From NCBI GenBank assembly GCA_040755455.1, contig JBFMAY010000002.1, positions 64,001-128,000 of the forward strand: a stretch of 64,000 nt of DNA, in the 5' to 3' direction. The position numbers and the translations under genes are program-made. The notes below the pieces were generated by a model. The model was not told the origin of the DNA. It searched no databases and was given only the letters and a program-made list of their open reading frames with translations. This DNA is from Thermodesulfobacteriota bacterium (GTDB lineage: Bacteria; Desulfobacterota; Desulfobulbia; Desulfobulbales; SURF-16). Position 1 is the stretch's first letter, and every line of letters starts with the position of its first letter. Below, piece by piece: positions 1 through 8,472 of the stretch.

Positions 1-84
1 TTAACCGTGGTGACGGTCCCGGCCAGGCAATCTTGCTGCAGCTGCCGATAAATGATCCTGACCTCTTGTACACAAACCGCCACC

Positions 85-111
85 GGCCTGAAAACATACG
101 CTTTTCAGGCC
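85..111. terminator. Hairpin, probable terminator downstream of the activase gene
   Basis: Perfect 10-bp inverted repeat ggcctgaaaa-N7-ttttcaggcc abutting the stop of the minus-strand ORF at 111. Confidence 0.5.
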
Positions 112-3100
112 TAAAGACCGTTTGCGTCGCTGTCCTTTTTCTTTTTCCAATTCCACAGCCCTTCGGGCAACCGCACATGGGGCATCCGCATATCAGGGAG
201 TTTGATCGCGGACAACTTCATATTCGGCATCTTCACATCAGAAAGCTTCTGATCAAGCAGCTCTTTGAGCCGGGCCACATGGCCGCCGCCGTTCCCGCGA
301 TCCTGCCCGATGCCCGCAGCCAGGCGTTCAAGCTTCTCCTCCCTGTTGCGCTCGACCCGATGGACAAAGGCCTCCACCCTGTTGCGCACATGGGTGCGGC
401 CCATGGCATCAAAGACCAGCGGCATGATCGGCACCCCGGCAATACGCTCGGTCAACCGTTTGAAAACCGAGGTGGTGGCGGTGCCGACCAGACAGTTCAG
501 GCAATAAACGTTCAGGATGCCGTCCACTCCTTTATTGGCAAAATCCACATGTTTGGCCACGTTCAGGGAAACGAGCAGTTCCGGCTCGCCGGGCAAAATT
601 CCCTCCGTGTACCGGAGAACCTCTTCGGCATGAGGCTCACTGAAATTGACCAGACGTCCCTGGAAATTCTTGCCCACGTAACCAGCCCCCAGGTTATTGA
701 CCAGCACCCGGCCCCAGGACGACATCATATTCCGTGTTTTGCCCGCCTCCCAGAACTGGCGGGCGCGGACCTCCTGACCGGTCATGATGACATCAACCAG
801 GGTCGGCGACGGCCAGACCTCGCAGCCCAGCTCCTCCAGCAGATCGAACAGTCCGCCGTTGGCCACCGGATTGACCCTGGTATAGACGTCACCGGTCACG
901 GCGATCACAGGCTTCCCGCCCCTTGACCGGGTGGGAACCGCGTCAAGCAGCTGGGCGGCCCGCATGATCCCCCGGTTGACCTTGTTGTCAAGCTGGCTCT
1001 GCAGGATGGTGTCGAGCGCGGCAAAATAGGCCCGGTCCACCGCCCCCTTTTCCAGCTCATAGGGCCGCATCTCAAACCGCATTCTGCTCAGGTACTCTAT
1101 ACCCAGGATGGCTTTGCCGAGCTTGAAGACAAACATGGCGCCAAACCGGTCAAACAGCTCCAGGGAATTGACGTTGATCACCCGGACATCGTTTCTGCCC
1201 AGTCTATCCATGTAAAGCTGGATGGTGGGCACATACTGGGTGATCATGCAGTTGCTCTCAACGGTGGGCAGGAGGTAGGCGGCGCCCTGGGGCAGATCCC
1301 CGCCCCGGGCCAGCTTGATCAGGTCACCGGCAATGAGCTGGAAGGGGTGGCACTGCTTGCCGCCGGAAAATTCCACTCCGGCCTCATAGGAAGAGTGATC
1401 GGGCAGAGGCAGCACCCGCGCCCTGATGCCTTCGGCCCTGATCGCCCCGGCAAAGGCATGGGCATGGTCGGAGAAATAAGGGATGATGTATTCGCCGGCT
1501 GCATCCGGGGGGGTGGCGTGGCTGCCCCTCTTGCGGGGAGCAGTGGGGATGTCGTCCCTCGGCCCCAGCTGCGGACCGCGGGCCGCCTTGTCCCGCCAGC
1601 TTGCCACCCGGTGGGCGAAGGCCTCGACCCGGGTCGCCAGCCCGGCATCGGCCCGGTGCTCGTCAAATTCCAGAAACAGGCTTGGCCGCTCGGCAAAAAT
1701 CTCCTGCAGCAGCGGAAAGGTGAATGAGTCCGGCCCGCAGCCGAAATTGCCGACCACCACCGGATAGATGTCAGAGGCAGAGCTTATCCAGATGCCGATT
1801 TTGAGCATGCGCCGGCTGAAGGCCCAGGTAATGCTGTTATAGCGGTCGGGCAGGGGCAGCGCCAGGGCAGTGCTCAGCTGTTCATAGGAGATCACATCAA
1901 ATCCGGCCTTGGCCAGTTTGGCGGCAAGGGACATGTTGGCAAAACGGTCGCTTATATTGTAAGGCTTGCCGAGCAGCACCGCCAGCGGTTTCTCCCGCGG
2001 CCCGGCAGCGCTCGGGTCGTACTCGATGCTCTTGTGGAAAGCTGCCAGTTCCCCTGCCGCGGTTTCATAGGCCAGATCCGCAGCGGCGCTGTCCACCCCG
2101 AATACCTCGGCCACCCGTAGCGAGAGCTTTTCCCGTTCCCTGACCGGCAAGTCAGGAAGCAGCGGCAGGGGGGCCACATTGATGGCGTCGAAGTTGGCCT
2201 GCACCATGGAGGCCCCGTGCTGGATATAGGGGCAACTTACCCCGTCCAGCAGCCGGGACATGGAAGGAATGAAAACCGCGTCAACCCCCGCCTTTTCCAG
2301 GGAGGCCACATGGCCGAAGAGCAGCTTGACCGGCAGACAGGTCTCAGCGGGCAGCCGGGTCAGGGCAAGAGCGAGACAGTCGCTGCTCGACGGCGCAGAC
2401 ACCTTCAGCCGGATGGCGAGTTGCCGGAAATATTGCTTCCAGAATGGATAAAACTCGCGGAACAGCAGGGCCCGGGGGATACCCACCGTGGCAATGAAAT
2501 TTTCAGACTCGCTGCCGTCGCCGACCACCTCGGTCATGTCCGGCGTCAGGTCCCGGCCCGGCGTAAGCCCGCTGATCGCCTCGGAATATCTGCCGCACAA
2601 ATCGCCGAAATGAAATCTCCCATCCTGGAAATGGAATGCGCTGACCTGGCAACGGTTCTCGCAGCCCAGGCATTCAAAGGAGCTCTCCCGGTGCGCGGTG
2701 GAAAAACGAAAACCCTTGAAAGAGGTCGTAAAGCCAGGTCCCGTGGCGTTTTTACCCCGGACCATTTCACGGGTCAGCGCCGCCATGCCCATTGCCCCGG
2801 AAATGCCAGGATGCTCATGGACGACAACCTCCGCTCCATTGAGCCTGTTCTTGAAGGCCTGCACCACGGCCCGGTTCTTGGCCACCCCGCCCTGCAGCAC
2901 CACATGCCGGCCGAAGCTCCTGCCCTGCACCACCCGGTCAATATAGTTTTCCACCACCGCCTGGGAAACCCCCATGAGCAGATCCGCCAGGGGCACGCCC
3001 TGCTGGATGTGATGGACCAGATCGGACTCCATGAAAACAGTACACCTGCTGGTGAACGGCAGCGGCTTGCGGGAGCTGAGGGCCAGCTCCGCATATTCCT

Positions 3101-4514
3101 CCTTGAGATCCACCCCCAGCCGCACGGCCTGTTCCTGGATAAATGATCCCGTCCCGGCCGAACACGCCCTGTTCATCTCAAAATCAATCACCGTGCCGTC
3201 TTGCCCAAGCCGGATGAACTTGGCGTCCTGACCGCCTATTTCAATGACCGTGTCCACCTCAGCCGAACCGAGCCAGGCCCCCTTGGCCTGGGCGGTTATC
3301 TCGTCAACCACCAGATCGGCGCCCACGGCATGGCCCACCAGCTTCCGCCCGGACCCGGTAACCCCCACCGCAGCAATAGCCGCCTCAGGGATGCTCTCCG
3401 CCAGGCAGGCCAAGGCGCGGCTGGCCGCATCAAGCGGCTTGCCAGCGGTAAAAATATAGACCTCCGCCAGCAGCACGCCTTCCGCGGTCAATGCCACCGC
3501 CTTGGTGCTGATGGAACCGATATCAAGACCGATGAACACCTGTTCGCCGGCAGCAGGCGGGCGTACCACACGAACTTCTTCCAGTCCTTTCAGCATGCGG
3601 GCCGCGGCCTCATCCATCTGCCAGCCCCGGGTGGAAAAACCCTCGTCCTGCCCATTGCCGGCTGGGACCTCGGATGCGGCCCGCGCAACAAGCGCGGCGT
3701 CAAGGCCGGCCGAGAGACTGGCAGAGAGCAGGGCGGCGCCCAGCGCCCCTGCCATGTGGGGCATCTCCGGCCGGATGATGTCGGCCTCGTCAAGGGCCAG
3801 AATGTCTTTAAAGGCGCGGATCACCCCGTCGTTCAGCGCCACCCCGCCCTGAAACACCACGGGTCTGATCACCTCCCGGCCCCGGATCAGATTGGCCACG
3901 TAATTGCGGGCCAGGGCATGGCAGAGCCCGGCCACGATCTGGTCCACCGGCACCCCCCGCTGCTGCAGATGAATGATATCCGACTTGGCGAAAACGCTGC
4001 AGCGACCGGCCATGGCCGGCACCGTCTCAGCCCCGGCCGCCATGGCCGACAACTCCTCAATGGAGAGCCCGAGCCGCTCCGCCTGCACATCGAGAAAGGC
4101 CCCGGTGCCCGCGGCGCACAGCTCGTTCATGGCATAGTCATAGGGACCTTTTTCATCGACGAGGATAAATTTGGAGTCCTGACCGCCGATCTCGATCACC
4201 GAGGCCCGGCCCCCGGCAAATCCCGCGGCCGCCGTGCCATGGGCGACGATCTCGTTGATTGCCGGGATATTCAGCATATCCTGCACGATTTCCTTGCCGC
4301 TGCCTGTGGCCAAGGCGCCGGCAAACGATTTCACCTTGTTGGGTTTCATCCATTCATCCAGCAGCTGCCGGCATAACATGGCCACCGCATCCCTGGAACG
4401 GCCCTGCACCCTGCGATAAGCGTACCAGAGCCGCCTGCCGGCACCGTCGACGACCATGCCGTCCAGACTCACGGAACCGAGATCCACACCGAGGTAATAG
4501 CCGCCGGCCTTCAA
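111..4514 (-). CDS. Acyl-CoA dehydratase activase-like fusion (two BadF/BadG/BcrA/BcrD ATPase domains plus DUF2229-like domains)
   Basis: 1467 aa; two ASKHA repeats (LGVDLGSVS / IGLDIGSISTK, IEIGGQDSK / IEIGGQDAK, MNELCAAGTG / MNRACSAGTG); CLPVK..GH and GCGPD motifs; GGAGGT RBS before a TTG start. Confidence 0.88.
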   Translation of the reverse strand: MKAGGYYLGVDLGSVSLDGMVVDGAGRRLWYAYRRVQGRSRDAVAMLCRQLLDEWMKPNKVKSFAGALATGSGKEIVQDMLNIPAINEIVAHGTAAAGFAGGRASVIEIGGQDSKFILVDEKGPYDYAMNELCAAGTGAFLDVQAERLGLSIEELSAMAAGAETVPAMAGRCSVFAKSDIIHLQQRGVPVDQIVAGLCHALARNYVANLIRGREVIRPVVFQGGVALNDGVIRAFKDILALDEADIIRPEMPHMAGALGAALLSASLSAGLDAALVARAASEVPAGNGQDEGFSTRGWQMDEAAARMLKGLEEVRVVRPPAAGEQVFIGLDIGSISTKAVALTAEGVLLAEVYIFTAGKPLDAASRALACLAESIPEAAIAAVGVTGSGRKLVGHAVGADLVVDEITAQAKGAWLGSAEVDTVIEIGGQDAKFIRLGQDGTVIDFEMNRACSAGTGSFIQEQAVRLGVDLKEEYAELALSSRKPLPFTSRCTVFMESDLVHHIQQGVPLADLLMGVSQAVVENYIDRVVQGRSFGRHVVLQGGVAKNRAVVQAFKNRLNGAEVVVHEHPGISGAMGMAALTREMVRGKNATGPGFTTSFKGFRFSTAHRESSFECLGCENRCQVSAFHFQDGRFHFGDLCGRYSEAISGLTPGRDLTPDMTEVVGDGSESENFIATVGIPRALLFREFYPFWKQYFRQLAIRLKVSAPSSSDCLALALTRLPAETCLPVKLLFGHVASLEKAGVDAVFIPSMSRLLDGVSCPYIQHGASMVQANFDAINVAPLPLLPDLPVREREKLSLRVAEVFGVDSAAADLAYETAAGELAAFHKSIEYDPSAAGPREKPLAVLLGKPYNISDRFANMSLAAKLAKAGFDVISYEQLSTALALPLPDRYNSITWAFSRRMLKIGIWISSASDIYPVVVGNFGCGPDSFTFPLLQEIFAERPSLFLEFDEHRADAGLATRVEAFAHRVASWRDKAARGPQLGPRDDIPTAPRKRGSHATPPDAAGEYIIPYFSDHAHAFAGAIRAEGIRARVLPLPDHSSYEAGVEFSGGKQCHPFQLIAGDLIKLARGGDLPQGAAYLLPTVESNCMITQYVPTIQLYMDRLGRNDVRVINVNSLELFDRFGAMFVFKLGKAILGIEYLSRMRFEMRPYELEKGAVDRAYFAALDTILQSQLDNKVNRGIMRAAQLLDAVPTRSRGGKPVIAVTGDVYTRVNPVANGGLFDLLEELGCEVWPSPTLVDVIMTGQEVRARQFWEAGKTRNMMSSWGRVLVNNLGAGYVGKNFQGRLVNFSEPHAEEVLRYTEGILPGEPELLVSLNVAKHVDFANKGVDGILNVYCLNCLVGTATTSVFKRLTERIAGVPIMPLVFDAMGRTHVRNRVEAFVHRVERNREEKLERLAAGIGQDRGNGGGHVARLKELLDQKLSDVKMPNMKLSAIKLPDMRMPHVRLPEGLWNWKKKKDSDANGL

Positions 4515-4817
4515 GAGCGCACCTCCATCAATTTCAGAATTTCAGAGATTAAATCAACAGGCAGGCCCGCGCGGCAAAAAACAAGCCTGCTGCCACCAAG
4601 ATCCCTTAATACCCAGCATGGCCAGCAACAAGCAAAAGATACGCGGAGCAAAATAAAGATAGTGGCCGCAAAAAAACTGCGACAACGACAGACTGCCACA
4701 AGCGACAAGTTTGCGCAACAGGCATTATTGAACAGAGCAGACTTGCTGAGAGAAGTTTGGACAGAAATCGGCGCCACTCATGAAATGCGCATCAACCCAC
4801 CGTATTTCATGCCACTT

Positions 4818-5192
4818 TCACATGGAGGCGCCCCGATTTTGTTCGCGGGAAAATCGGGAATCCAGTTGAAGACGTTCAGTTATTTTGAGGGAATTGAACT
4901 TCACACCGCAACGTTTCATGCGTGTGGAGCCGAAATTGACCATATCGTCATAGACGTTTTTTGCCACAATGACACAGGGGACATTGGCAAAGAAAAGGTC
5001 CTTGTCCATGATCAGGATATCCATCTCAACCGGGCTGTTTATCGGCAGATCGCATTCCCGGCAGATAAAAGAAAGACCGTCGACACTGATGTCAATGATC
5101 TTGCCGATTTTCAGGATATCAGGGGTTAACAGGCCGGCAATGCCGGTTTTAACCTTCAGTCTTTTATTTTTCCTGCGCTCTGTATTTACCAT
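4818..5192 (-). CDS. PilZ domain protein
   Basis: RxxxR (ERRKNKR) and DxSxxG (DISVDG) motifs, RCGVKF ending; start moved to ATG 5192, which follows a GGAGG RBS. Confidence 0.85.
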   Translation of the reverse strand: MVNTERRKNKRLKVKTGIAGLLTPDILKIGKIIDISVDGLSFICRECDLPINSPVEMDILIMDKDLFFANVPCVIVAKNVYDDMVNFGSTRMKRCGVKFNSLKITERLQLDSRFSREQNRGASM

Positions 5193-5268
5193 GGAAAATC
5201 CTCCATAGCCGGTTGCCTTGGCGGTCCTGACATGTATCATCTATTGACAGGACAGGGGGGTGGCACGT

Positions 5269-5664
5269 TCACTTTTCATCGCCGGTGGTACTCTGTTTGA
5301 TGAATATGTCCAGCAAGGCCTGCTGGGTAAAGGTCAGGTTGTTGAATTTCACCCCGCACCGTTTTATTCCCTCTTCAGGTGCGTTGCCCTGTTCCTTGTC
5401 GATTGCCTGGTCGGAGATTATTTCAATAGGCAGCTTGCGCAGAAAAAAATTATCATACGAGGAAATCACATCCAGCCTTTTCCAGTTACAGTCAAAAGCC
5501 TCGCTGCTGCAATACTGCAAACCCACTCCTCCCATGCTTACATCAAGCACAGCAGCGGCATGACCGACAGGATGCGAATCAAGCATGGCAAAAACCGTAT
5601 TTTTCACTTTAAACCGCTGGTGCTGCCGCCTTTCCTCTTGTGCGTCATGCGTCTTTGTGGCCAT
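5269..5664 (-). CDS. PilZ domain protein
   Basis: ERRQHQR and DVSMGG motifs, RCGVKF; paralogous to the neighbouring gene. Confidence 0.85.
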   Translation of the reverse strand: MATKTHDAQEERRQHQRFKVKNTVFAMLDSHPVGHAAAVLDVSMGGVGLQYCSSEAFDCNWKRLDVISSYDNFFLRKLPIEIISDQAIDKEQGNAPEEGIKRCGVKFNNLTFTQQALLDIFIKQSTTGDEK

Positions 5665-5744
5665 TTTTCACCCTCAGGTTTTTTCCATCGGCGCTCACAC
5701 CACTGTTGACGCACTTGGCGAAAGCCCTGGGAAATTGACTGGCA

Positions 5745-6119
5745 TCAGCCATCTTGCTGCGCTGGGTACAGATAGCCCATTAAACGCATCTGCAATCTGC
5801 GCCCCGCGATTTCCATGCCTTTGAGCATCGCGGCTGTAGCAAAAGGATTCTTCACACTGACCCAGCAGAACCGGCGCACAGGCGACCCGTTATCTGTCTG
5901 AATCTCAGAAACGTCCGTCACGTTGTCAATGTGGTTGAAGAATTGACGAATCTCACTATCGGCAACCTGGGAGGCGATATCCTCAACGAGAAAAACCCCC
6001 AACCGAAGCTTGTCGCCCATATTTTCCATAACCAATCCCCTAACCTGCTCCACTATTTCAACAAATCCATCTTCTTGAGGTATTTGGTAAATCTCAGTTG
6101 CCTTTTCATCCTGAGCCAC
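5745..6119 (-). CDS. Hypothetical protein with a degenerate RRM-like (RNA recognition motif) domain
   Basis: Pattern FLVEDIASQVADSEIRQFF..VTDV....RRFCWVSV...AAMLKGMEIAGRRLQM follows RRM spacing; start codon uncertain. Confidence 0.55.
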   Translation of the reverse strand: MAQDEKATEIYQIPQEDGFVEIVEQVRGLVMENMGDKLRLGVFLVEDIASQVADSEIRQFFNHIDNVTDVSEIQTDNGSPVRRFCWVSVKNPFATAAMLKGMEIAGRRLQMRLMGYLYPAQQDG

Positions 6120-6286
6120 TGCCGCTTTTCATCTGCAACGACGGCAAAGAGGCTGATAGGTAATTTTACTATAATTAACTGATAACAGCGCAAACACAAT
6201 GGTATAAATTTATATAGAAAATGGATATGAAAAATATCTATCCGATTCCCCCTGACACCAGGCGATCCGGTGTTTTTTCGTAATGA

Positions 6287-7681
6287 TCAGGCAACTGACG
6301 AAAGAACCGACTGGAGGTTGCCCCCCTGGTTTGTCAGTCCGAGTTTTTTTCTGATATTTTTCCGGTGGATATTGATTGTCCCAGGGGAAAGACTAAGCAG
6401 CTCGGCAATATCTTTGGTTCTTTTTCCCTGTTTTACCAGGTTTGCCACCTGAATCTCCGCCGGCGTGAGTTTGACGAATTTTGATGATAATGTGCCGGTA
6501 AAGGGAGAGACGATTTCCTTGAGATTGGCCTCGAGAATATCCACCAGCACCTTTTGCTCCGCGGTCAACCGGCCAGTTCCCAGTTTCGCCAGGTAGGGCT
6601 CGACAAGTGTTCTGACATTGGCGGCAATATGATGTTCCAATTCCCGCTTATCCTCTCTTATTTTCTTCAGCAGCACGGTGAGGGCAATATTGGTCTCTTC
6701 AAGCTCCTTGGTGCGGGCGTCAACCTTGTGCTCCAATTCGTCGTGGGCATTGCGCAATTCTATTTCAAAATTCTTCCTATAGGTAATATCCGTATGGGTT
6801 CCAACAAAACGAGCGGGACGCCCCCCTTCATCCCAGTCAACCACCCTGCCTCTTGACAGCATCCACTGCCACTCCCCTGCCTTGTTGCGCATGCGAAATT
6901 CCGCCTCATAACGGCAGGTAGTTCCCTTGAGATGCTCTTCAACCTTTGCCAGGGCTTTCTGCCGGTCATCCGGGTGCATGAGGCTTTCCCAGGAGAGAAA
7001 CAATCTCTTGGCCTCTTCGTCGCTGTAGCCCAGCACCCGATGCCAGTTTTCCCCATAATAAACCTCGCCTGTTAACAGATTGCGGTCCCAGACCCCGTCG
7101 GATGAGGCATCAAGGGCCAGCAGCAGGCGTTCCTCACTTCTGAGCAACCGTTCTTCGATCCCCTTCCGGTAAGAGATATTGCGGATGGTGCCCCGACGGC
7201 CGACAAATTCTCCTTGCGCATTATACACGAACCGGCAGGCATGGGAGACCCATCGTTCATCCCCGCCCTTTGTCACAATGCGGAAGTCGAATCTTTCCAG
7301 GGGGCTGTCAAATAATTCTTCGGCAAAATGCCTTACGGCTTTAACCCGGTCATCCGGGTGAATGATGGAAAAGAACAAGCCTGGATCAGCGGCGAACTCT
7401 CCGGCTCCATAGCCGCTTACCTCTTCGCAGGCCGGCGATATGTAGAGATATTCGCCTTGAGGACTCAGCCAGTATTCCCAATTACAGCTATAATCGGCAA
7501 CGGTGCGGAACTTCTCCATTCCTGCCTGCAGTTCCTGCCGATGGCGTTCAAGCTCATGGACAATCCCGGCGAGTTCTTCCGGACGAGGCATGGGCCGGCC
7601 GGCTGCACTTTCTCGCAGCAGCCGTTCCGCCTGCCTGAGCAGAACGATGATTCTTCCTGTCCTATCCTTGCTTTCTTCCAT
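6287..7681 (-). CDS. PAS/PAC-PAS/PAC-LuxR family transcriptional regulator
   Basis: Two PAS_3-like domains (IIHPDDR, LMHPDDR), coiled coil, C-terminal LuxR HTH (LTPAEIQVANLVKQGKRTKDIAELLSLSPGTINIHRKNIRKKLG). Confidence 0.92.
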   Translation of the reverse strand: MEESKDRTGRIIVLLRQAERLLRESAAGRPMPRPEELAGIVHELERHRQELQAGMEKFRTVADYSCNWEYWLSPQGEYLYISPACEEVSGYGAGEFAADPGLFFSIIHPDDRVKAVRHFAEELFDSPLERFDFRIVTKGGDERWVSHACRFVYNAQGEFVGRRGTIRNISYRKGIEERLLRSEERLLLALDASSDGVWDRNLLTGEVYYGENWHRVLGYSDEEAKRLFLSWESLMHPDDRQKALAKVEEHLKGTTCRYEAEFRMRNKAGEWQWMLSRGRVVDWDEGGRPARFVGTHTDITYRKNFEIELRNAHDELEHKVDARTKELEETNIALTVLLKKIREDKRELEHHIAANVRTLVEPYLAKLGTGRLTAEQKVLVDILEANLKEIVSPFTGTLSSKFVKLTPAEIQVANLVKQGKRTKDIAELLSLSPGTINIHRKNIRKKLGLTNQGGNLQSVLSSVA

Positions 7682-8077
7682 ACTGCCTGCCTGTTGCTTT
7701 CTTTGTAATTCATCCTATTCTTTTTCTGATAAATTCACCACGCCTTTCGCATCCAGCAACCGGTTGGTTGCACATTTCTCACCTCCCATCCGCCCCCTGC
7801 AGGGAAAGCCTGTTACACAAAATCTACACCCGGGCTTCCTCTCGCGCCTTCCCTCCCCGCCCATCTGAGGACTTTGTCTTACCTGACAACATTTAATCTC
7901 CTTGCCGAAAAACCGGCCGCCGCGCAAAACCTCCCGCTGTAACACGCCCAGGTAACAAACCATTGTCACATATTCCTCTGCCTATCCGCCAAGCGCGCCG
8001 CTACCTGGCAAAAGGGTAAAAAATAACCTGCCGGAACAGCGACATTATCAAGCCGGAAAACAACCTCCTTCCGCTGC

Positions 8078-8093
8078 TGGCACCCCTTTTGCT
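8078..8093 (+). promoter_or_regulatory. Sigma54 (RpoN) -24/-12 promoter of the eCIS operon
   Basis: TGGCAC-ccctt-TTGCT with exact GG-N10-GC spacing, 107 bp upstream of the first operon ATG (8200). Confidence 0.75.
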
Positions 8094-8199
8094 GCTGCTA
8101 CATAAAGCGTTTTATCTGATCATTTCCCGCTACACGTTCAGCAAGGCAACTCCGCAACACCGTTCAATCATAATGAATAAATTTTGATGAGGATTGCAT

Positions 8200-8439
8200 A
8201 TGGCCGTCACGATACGCAACAAAATGAATCGACCTGTCATGATCCGCCTAAACAGCGGCCGCACCTGCTATCTAAATGCCGGTGACACCTCCGGGGAAAT
8301 CATCGATGTGGAAATTGCCCACAACGAAAGGCTCGCCAGGCTGCAGGGCAGAAATATCATAGAACTGCATGAGATAAAGAAGCCGGCTGCGCCTGCGGCA
8401 AAAACAAAAAAGGCTACACAAAAAGTTACAAAAAAATAA
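8200..8439 (+). CDS. Small hypothetical protein leading the eCIS operon
   Basis: 79 aa ORF with GAGGA RBS and Lys/Ala-rich tail, 33 bp before the sheath gene. Confidence 0.7.
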   Translation: MAVTIRNKMNRPVMIRLNSGRTCYLNAGDTSGEIIDVEIAHNERLARLQGRNIIELHEIKKPAAPAAKTKKATQKVTKK

Positions 8440-8472
8440 GAAAACAAATCCTTAAATAACAAGGAGGAATGT

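Noticed and set aside
4574..4589. Sigma54 promoter for the activase gene (minus strand AGGCTTG-N4-TTGC)
   Set aside because: Spacing is correct but the -24 element matches poorly; too weak to call without conservation data
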